39,683 nt of DNA from a virus (taxonomy: Duplodnaviria; Caudoviricetes). A model generated the notes under the pieces. It was not told the DNA's origin. It was given only the letters and a program-made list of their open reading frames with translations, and did no database searches. The position numbers were made by a program, and so were the translations under genes. The stretch is from positions 1-39,683 of the IMG/VR virus record IMGVR_UViG_3300034025_000014; one strand, written 5' to 3'. Shown piece after piece: positions 33,615-39,683 of the stretch; positions within the stretch are counted from its first letter, which is position 1; every line of letters starts with the position of its first letter.

Positions 33615-34948
33615 TACTTAGCTCCGGTCGAGTTCAGGTATGTAATCACTTGCTCACGTGTCGAGCCAGGGTACTGTTTCATCAGGCGGTTAATATCGCC
33701 TTCTTTCACAGCGCCAAAGGTGGGATGATTAACGACAAAGCCTCCTCCTTGTGTTGGCACATTCTTTGCGGCCAATCCTTTTTGCAGGCCCTTAGTCATG
33801 TAGCGCTCAACCACTCCCAGCGCATTCTTGAATGCTGCTGGCGACATATTTGCATCGAGCGCAGCAACAGAGGCGGTTAACTTGTCGCCTTCCGCATTTG
33901 ACAGTGAGCCCATTCCTTTAACCTGCTGTACAGCCGGCAGGAAGATTTGAGATTTCAGAGATTCAAGCTGGCCGCGAAAGTCTTTGTTCTCCGTGCCTGG
34001 GACATTGCCCAACATTTGTCCTAGAATCGTACCCATGCCGGCCATTGAGTTGCCAACGCTATCCTTCATCAGTGGATTGCTTCGGAGGCTCCTGATGTTG
34101 TCCAATGCAATTTGAGCGCTGTCAATCTGCGCCTGCGAGTCTTTGCCGACATCAAGATTTTTCAGCCCCTGCTCAGCAACGAACTTTTCGCGCTCAAGCG
34201 TCAGTTGCCCGCGCTTCGTCTCGCTGTCAGCGCCTCTGATCTGCGAATCAAATTCATCGAGGCGGCGTTTTTGCTCAGCGGTCAGCAAATCAGAATCCAC
34301 CTTGGCAATCTGCTGCGGAACCGTTGACGCTGCGACCTTGGCATCTGCTGCGGCTTTCACGGCATCAGCGTTTGCTTTTGCCTGCTCAGCCGGTGCCAAA
34401 GCCTCAGCGCGGGCGTTAGTCCCGAGCGCACCATATTGTGTAGCGAACGCCTTCGGATCGTTGATGTGCGCCAGCGTAAAGCCTAGCGTTCCTTTGGCCT
34501 TCTGCGGATCAGTCTTGACCATCTCAAGCGCGGCGTCATAGTGCGACGTATCCAGCCCTGCATTCTGGCGAGCATCGCGGGTCTTTTGGATCGCTGCTTG
34601 GGCAATGTCAGGCCGATCACTCAGCAATGCGCTGTAAGCCTGCGACATCGTATCGCCTTCGGTCTTGCGGTCGCCTTCGGACAACTGCTCCCACGACTGT
34701 TTGATTGCTTCGCGCTGCTGCGGATACTTGAGAGACAGCGCAGCGAACGACTGAGGATCGGCTTTAGAGAATGCTTGCGCGATATCGGCTTGATATGCTG
34801 CTTGCTGCTGCGCTGCCAATTGTGCTTGTGCTTGTTGCTGCTGCAACTGCTGCACTTGTCCACCAACCTGTAGACCGCCTTGAAAATTCTTGAGGAAGTC
34901 GCCAGGCTGCGGCAATGTAGAGGTGTAGTCGATTGGGCCGGTTGCCAT
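33614..34948 (-). CDS. DNA ejection protein (gp20 position)
   Basis: Q/A-rich helical protein; KGMGSLSNAEG motif. Confidence 0.75.
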   Translation of the reverse strand: MATGPIDYTSTLPQPGDFLKNFQGGLQVGGQVQQLQQQQAQAQLAAQQQAAYQADIAQAFSKADPQSFAALSLKYPQQREAIKQSWEQLSEGDRKTEGDTMSQAYSALLSDRPDIAQAAIQKTRDARQNAGLDTSHYDAALEMVKTDPQKAKGTLGFTLAHINDPKAFATQYGALGTNARAEALAPAEQAKANADAVKAAADAKVAASTVPQQIAKVDSDLLTAEQKRRLDEFDSQIRGADSETKRGQLTLEREKFVAEQGLKNLDVGKDSQAQIDSAQIALDNIRSLRSNPLMKDSVGNSMAGMGTILGQMLGNVPGTENKDFRGQLESLKSQIFLPAVQQVKGMGSLSNAEGDKLTASVAALDANMSPAAFKNALGVVERYMTKGLQKGLAAKNVPTQGGGFVVNHPTFGAVKEGDINRLMKQYPGSTREQVITYLNSTGAK

Positions 34949-34956
34949 ATGTTGCC

Positions 34957-35607
34957 TTAAAATAGTTTCTTAATGCCTGGAAGCCCGCCAGCACCAACAA
35001 ACGCACCAGCCAGACTTCCCAAGGTATTAAAACTGTTCGCCACAGTACCCCCTTGCGCAATTTGCCCGCCTGCGGTAGCCGCCCCTTGTTGATTCAACAG
35101 GCCAGCTATGTTTGTACCAGTTTGCAACCCAGCTTGGCCCAGCGCACCAGCGGCATTAGCGCCCATTGTTGAAAGCCCGCCATAACTCGAAAGCATCTTC
35201 TGAATTTCTTGGGACAGTAGCGCGGGCGCAAATTGACCAAGCGCGGACTGCACATTGCCGCCACGAAGCCCACCAGTCGCCGATGCATTCCCCAAAATGT
35301 TTTGGTTACCCTGCTGGAGTAACGATTGGAACCCAGCTCCACCTTGGATTCCATCAATCGCACTCTGCTGCGCGCCGTTCCCATTGAGACCAAGAAGATT
35401 TTGCTGCCCGGTAAGTGCGTTTGTACCGGCGTTAATATAAGGATTCAGCAAGGACTGAAAAGAGCCAAGCTGCTGATTATTGGCATCAATACCTAGCTGC
35501 GCAGCTTTTGCTTGGGTTTGCGATGCCCCCTGAGCGGCATCTGCGGCCTGATTGGCACCAGTGATGCCACCTACGATTTTGCCAATGGCGTTTCCGATAA
35601 AACTCAC
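34957..35607 (-). CDS. DNA ejection protein (P22 gp7-like)
   Basis: GTG start; PY..AG..AL, NASATGGLRGGN..AL. Confidence 0.82.
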   Translation of the reverse strand: MSFIGNAIGKIVGGITGANQAADAAQGASQTQAKAAQLGIDANNQQLGSFQSLLNPYINAGTNALTGQQNLLGLNGNGAQQSAIDGIQGGAGFQSLLQQGNQNILGNASATGGLRGGNVQSALGQFAPALLSQEIQKMLSSYGGLSTMGANAAGALGQAGLQTGTNIAGLLNQQGAATAGGQIAQGGTVANSFNTLGSLAGAFVGAGGLPGIKKLF

Positions 35608-36065
35608 TGTGTATTCTCCCAATCTGTACGGGTTATCCCCAGCACGTGTAAGCCAACCAATGCGCCATCTTTACGGCATGCGTCACGGCGATATCCTTCG
35701 GTCTTAAAGCCCAATTTCAAGCAATAATTCCGTGCTTCTGTCAGGCCATCGATTACATAAGCGGTAACACGCGCTATCTGCGAATCATTGAACGCACGGG
35801 TTAACAACATTTCCCCAAATATGCGCGAATGTTGCAAAGCGTCACGAGTAAGCAGCGCATGCACATCAACTTCCACAAAACCAGACTCGATCAAGAGGAA
35901 CGCTCCGAGCAAATTACCGTCAAGATATGCGCCGATGTAGCTTACTGCCGGGTGGTCTATCCTTGCTGCGGGCCGGTCATCATGCCCAACACGAGCGATG
36001 TACGGATCAGCGTATAGACCATCAATCAACGTCGAGTCAAGCAATGGCTGCAATGCGTACATCAA
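35604..36065 (-). CDS. GNAT-fold protein (P22 gp14-like)
   Basis: DVH, ARNYCLKLGFKTEG; synteny before gp7. Confidence 0.75.
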   Translation of the reverse strand: MMYALQPLLDSTLIDGLYADPYIARVGHDDRPAARIDHPAVSYIGAYLDGNLLGAFLLIESGFVEVDVHALLTRDALQHSRIFGEMLLTRAFNDSQIARVTAYVIDGLTEARNYCLKLGFKTEGYRRDACRKDGALVGLHVLGITRTDWENTQ

Positions 36066-36133
36066 GGCTCCCGGTAATCAATGCCTGATTATAGTAGTTT
36101 CCTGCCGTAAATCTACACTATGATAGAAAAATA

Positions 36134-36487
36134 CTATGTGAACTGTCGTCCGCTGATCATCAGAACCAAAGTAGATGCATTCGCTGTGAGGGTAGAGATG
36201 AAATCTCCAATCTCCAAGACATGTCCCACTAGTTCACTTCCTGCTGAATACGTGGCGCCTGGCTGAATTTGCTTTGTTACAACCAAGCGGTTAGCAACGC
36301 CAGCTGTATTGCCAACTGGGACGATGCTGATGGAAATTTGCTGAATCGTAGCGCTGACATTTGTCACCGTGCATTTGTCGATAGATGCTTTGCAAGACGT
36401 AGTCGTATCGGTCGATGCTGGATACTGGCGCGTTTCGACAGCCTCAACATATTTCGGCTTTACCAATGCCTTAATAGTAGTTGTCAT
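36134..36487 (-). CDS. Putative tail-associated structural protein
   Basis: TVTN...ELVGHVL..GDFIS...ISGR; AAGGA RBS. Confidence 0.65.
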   Translation of the reverse strand: MTTTIKALVKPKYVEAVETRQYPASTDTTTSCKASIDKCTVTNVSATIQQISISIVPVGNTAGVANRLVVTKQIQPGATYSAGSELVGHVLEIGDFISTLTANASTLVLMISGRQFT

Positions 36488-36496
36488 GGTGTTCCT

Positions 36497-37315
36497 TTAT
36501 GATCCAATGCCATTTGCGATAAGCGCTAGGCGAATGTTATTAACCAATGCAATCGCGGTTGGCAAGTCTGTTGCTGCTGCCCCTAATGCTGCCGGTGCTT
36601 GTGGTGTAGCAGAGTTGCAACCAAATTTAAAATTGGCGCGAAAACCACCGTCTGGCAAGAACCGGCCGGCTTCTGTAAAACTTAAATCCCCCGCGCGCTG
36701 CCCGAATCGCAGCGAATCACCAACTGCCGCGAACACTTGCAAGCCGCTACTGTCGGGAGTGCCAATGCCATATTGCAGATTGAAGTAATGCGTCGATTTA
36801 CCAATGGCATATAAAGAATCAACTGAATAATCAATACGAGTCGATTTGTAGTCAATTGTCTTCACACCACTTACGGCCAATCCCCAGTTATTCGCACCAA
36901 TCCTATAAAGGCCGGTTGATCCGTCGCCTCCGAGATACAAGCTTGGTGCTGCAACAGTACCAGCATCTAAGCCAACTCGACCACCAGTGATTGCCACCGC
37001 GTTCGCATCTTGCTCTGCCAAAGTGCCTAATGTCGGCAAGAAAGACGCAGGAATATATTGCTCCTCTACTGGATCGGCTACTGCCGCTGGCGCAGCGTCA
37101 AGCGCCTCTAATGCTTGTACTAGGCTTAGAACGACATCATAGGCTTGCGTGGCTGCTGCAAAAGCTGTGTTAGCAATCGCCGTCGCTTCTTCAATCGTCG
37201 TCGGCGTGCTCGCAGCGTCAAACTGCAATTGCTCAAACGCCCGAATTACCGGGTATTGATTACCAAGTGCCTTTGCCAGCTGGTCACGGTTTAGGCCGAG
37301 AGGATTGTTAGGCAT
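36497..37315 (-). CDS. Tail needle/fibre-like protein (gp26 position)
   Basis: N-terminal helix, LGTLAEQDANAVAITGG, GTVAAPSL..D.STG.YR, LVNNIRLALIANG; follows the tail hub. Confidence 0.6.
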   Translation of the reverse strand: MPNNPLGLNRDQLAKALGNQYPVIRAFEQLQFDAASTPTTIEEATAIANTAFAAATQAYDVVLSLVQALEALDAAPAAVADPVEEQYIPASFLPTLGTLAEQDANAVAITGGRVGLDAGTVAAPSLYLGGDGSTGLYRIGANNWGLAVSGVKTIDYKSTRIDYSVDSLYAIGKSTHYFNLQYGIGTPDSSGLQVFAAVGDSLRFGQRAGDLSFTEAGRFLPDGGFRANFKFGCNSATPQAPAALGAAATDLPTAIALVNNIRLALIANGIGS

Positions 37316-38732
37316 TCAACGCCTCCACTTGAACTTCCAGACGTGGAAAGGATAAGTGCGCGTCACTCGTTCCTCTGAACCGTTGAATGCGGATATTCGA
37401 CATGCGTCCATTGCGCGGCCACGTCAAGCGAGCGCGACGGTCGCCAATTTTTCCAGCGTTACATGTGCGCTCCTGGCTCCATGTTTCGCCATCTTCGCTA
37501 TAACTAGTCCAGACAACTGGATTTGCGCCAAGCTTCACGCGGCCAGGCAAGCAGACCAACTCCATAAGATTGATTAGGGCGCCCATGCTGGCGTTGTAAA
37601 GAATTGATGTGCCGAACTGCCAGCCTACTGTTTGCCCGTAATGCTCCCCTGTTTCATCGGTATAACGACCATAATTAGCAGTCGTTGGGTCGGCTACGTG
37701 CCAGTCGTTGTAGCACCACACCAGATTGCGGGCGCGATACTTGCTCATGCCTCCAATACTTGAGGTCAGAAGAAACCACACCGGCTTTTGCAGCACTTCA
37801 GATGCCTTTGCGTCATAAACCATCGTCACATCAGGCAAATGCACGTACAAGTGGTAATGGCCTTTGTTCAGGCGCGACTCCATGACAACCGTAGACAATT
37901 CATCTTCGGTGTAGCGCTGAATCAGCGTGTCAATTTCGCGTGTGGCAATCTTGGTGCTTGACGCGTTGACGCCTACCCAAATACTGGGAGCTTCATTGCG
38001 CCCGCTCCCAAGGAACGCGATAACTTCCGTCTCTCCTACCGTATAGGTTGCAGCGGCATACGTGCCGACAACGCCGCGTGAGATTGACGCGCCTTGGTTT
38101 CGCTCAAACGGGAACTGATTACCCACTACAGCAAGGCCACGATTGTTAAATACCTCGATTGTGTACCGGTTCAGCGCATAGACTTCGTTGTGCAGCTTGA
38201 ACAGGCCTTTCACCGGGTCAGGGTCAATCTCTGAGCTACCGTAAGCAAGTGGATTGACTGATGTCGGGTCGTTCAGATCAGTTACGATAAGCGAGGTTCC
38301 GTCTGTGGTCATGGTGTATCCATCAACCCACAAGACATCGATTACTTCGCCCAAATCCACATCAATTACCTGCTTAAGAGTGGTTCCAGACCAGTAATAC
38401 AATGATCCGCCACCAGCAATAATCAAATAATCGAAGGAGTAGTCCATTGTCACTTGGCCGATTCCGCCAATCGTGCCAAGAACCTTGAATGTGTTGTCTA
38501 CGCCGATAGAAACGAGGCTGTTTCCCATTACTCGATACAGCACACCATTCCAATTGATGCCGCCACGATCAATGCCAGGGCCAACGCCGCGAAGTTCAAT
38601 GCCATCAGCGGGACGCAAATATCCTTCACTAACGCCGTTCTCTTTTGGGACCGGTATCAGATTGATCGGATAAGACGTTCGATAGTCTCCCGCCTCGTCC
38701 GAGAAGATGCCATTGACGATGGATACTTGCAT
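37308..38732 (-). CDS. Tail hub / DNA stabilisation protein (P22 gp10-like)
   Basis: 474 aa beta-rich; VLWVDGY, SSEIDPD, SEDGETWS.ER....G..G. Confidence 0.87.
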   Translation of the reverse strand: MQVSIVNGIFSDEAGDYRTSYPINLIPVPKENGVSEGYLRPADGIELRGVGPGIDRGGINWNGVLYRVMGNSLVSIGVDNTFKVLGTIGGIGQVTMDYSFDYLIIAGGGSLYYWSGTTLKQVIDVDLGEVIDVLWVDGYTMTTDGTSLIVTDLNDPTSVNPLAYGSSEIDPDPVKGLFKLHNEVYALNRYTIEVFNNRGLAVVGNQFPFERNQGASISRGVVGTYAAATYTVGETEVIAFLGSGRNEAPSIWVGVNASSTKIATREIDTLIQRYTEDELSTVVMESRLNKGHYHLYVHLPDVTMVYDAKASEVLQKPVWFLLTSSIGGMSKYRARNLVWCYNDWHVADPTTANYGRYTDETGEHYGQTVGWQFGTSILYNASMGALINLMELVCLPGRVKLGANPVVWTSYSEDGETWSQERTCNAGKIGDRRARLTWPRNGRMSNIRIQRFRGTSDAHLSFPRLEVQVEALNA

Positions 38733-39206
38733 TTAGTTCGATGGCTGAATAGCGAGGCAGCAGAACTGCGCATTAGCTGCGCTACCGCCAAACACGTTGT
38801 AGTTCGCCAGTGAAGAAATCAGCGGGCCGATAAGCAAGATGCCGCTCAAAGCGGGCAGAACAGAGCTACGATAGCCGCGCAAAACGCAGCCGGTGTAGTT
38901 CGCGCCACTCATCACCCACGATTCGACCTTGAACACAACCGGTTGATTATCACTTGCCTCAACGAGCAGGCATTGCACGCATGGGGTCGTAGCGAATGAG
39001 CGTGTGAACATCACCGTTGCGCGCGCATTTGAATCCAACGTACCTACAGTGGCGCTCGACAGGCGAGGGTGGATATGATCGTCACGCGAGGCAGAGTTAC
39101 CCATACCAGCGTCAGGCGTGACGCCTTCACGGACAGGGGGAGTATTGGTGAGAATCTGGCGCAACTGCTCCATTGTCACCATCGTTGCGAAGCCTGAATC
39201 TGCCAT
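38733..39206 (-). CDS. Hypothetical virion-associated protein
   Basis: ASRDDHIHP motif seen in fibre proteins; GGAG RBS. Confidence 0.6.
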   Translation of the reverse strand: MADSGFATMVTMEQLRQILTNTPPVREGVTPDAGMGNSASRDDHIHPRLSSATVGTLDSNARATVMFTRSFATTPCVQCLLVEASDNQPVVFKVESWVMSGANYTGCVLRGYRSSVLPALSGILLIGPLISSLANYNVFGGSAANAQFCCLAIQPSN

Positions 39207-39208
39207 GG

Positions 39209-39532
39209 TTACACTCCGTCACCGGTGATCAGTTTGAAAGCGGCGGTGCCGGTGTCGGTGATATACGCCAATTTGTCATGGCGAATCGCGCGCGTGAACG
39301 TGGTTGATTGGCCTGCTACGATGCAGAAGTCAGCAGTGGTTGCAGCGCGAATGTTAGCGGCATCGGTGGTAGACGAATAGCTGTAGAAATAGCCATCACC
39401 GCCGCCAGCTTTCACGGTGATGCGAATCTGATTACAGCCGTTGCGCGGCAGATCAGCAATCGCGCTGGTAGTGGTAGCCGTAAGGTTCTGATTGGTGCCC
39501 TGTGCAGGCTGAAATGCGGTATTGACGCTCAT
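39209..39532 (-). CDS. Hypothetical virion-associated protein
   Basis: 107 aa, beta-rich, within the structural operon. Confidence 0.65.
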   Translation of the reverse strand: MSVNTAFQPAQGTNQNLTATTTSAIADLPRNGCNQIRITVKAGGGDGYFYSYSSTTDAANIRAATTADFCIVAGQSTTFTRAIRHDKLAYITDTGTAAFKLITGDGV

Positions 39533-39535
39533 GAT

Positions 39536-39682
39536 TTACCCTACTCGGAACCACTGATTAGAAATGCTGTCGTAAGCCATCCGGAAATATCCGTTAGCCG
39601 CCAGAGTTGTTGGAGCGCCGAGCACGCCAGCGCCATTGCCTGATACGGTCAAGCTCGTTACCGCTTGCGTGCATGTCACAAG
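39536..39682 (-). CDS. 3' end of a structural protein truncated by the window edge
   Basis: Open frame ...TQAVTSLTVSGNGAGVLGAPTTLAANGYFRMAYDSISNQWFRVG*. Confidence 0.6.
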   Translation of the reverse strand, partial: LVTCTQAVTSLTVSGNGAGVLGAPTTLAANGYFRMAYDSISNQWFRVG

Positions 39683-39683
39683 T

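Noticed and set aside
34800-34856. CTG/TTG trinucleotide-like repeat
   Set aside because: Encodes the poly-Gln/Ala stretch typical of ejection proteins
1-39683. Stop-codon reassignment linked to the odd tRNAs
   Set aside because: Core genes are intact under the standard code, all three stop codons are used, and neither tRNA has a suppressor anticodon

Overview
Near-complete genome of a P22-like (short-tailed) dsDNA phage, probably of a betaproteobacterial host (inferred from gene families only). The window is linearised inside the head/tail operon, so the major capsid and head-tail adaptor genes fall outside it. Minus strand 1-17.8 kb, read right to left: Cro-like HTH, DUF1367, NinG, an HD (p)ppGpp-hydrolase-like protein, replication initiator, DnaB-like helicase, a tandem wHTH protein, an RNA ligase, two tRNAs, a promoter-leader-terminator, a 5-gene appendage/glycan module, TerS, TerL, a structured-RNA moron, portal, a ParB-like protein and scaffold. 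Plus strand 17.9-27.1 kb: Bet, Exo, HNH and mosaic accessory ORFs. Minus strand 27.1-39.7 kb: tail hub, ejection proteins, tailspike, lysis cassette and HNH. No integrase or CI repressor was seen. The most notable observations are: (1) two tRNAs (Pro-UGG, Thr-UGU) that both replace the near-invariant U33 with C, lying next to an RNA ligase; (2) a C4/CI-like antisense RNA switch over the initiator start codon; (3) a separate putative fibre/lectin/polysaccharide-lyase module upstream of terS; (4) a lysis cassette with no recognisable spanin, headed by an unannotated 28-aa peptide. All protein calls come from motif recognition by eye; no database searches were run.
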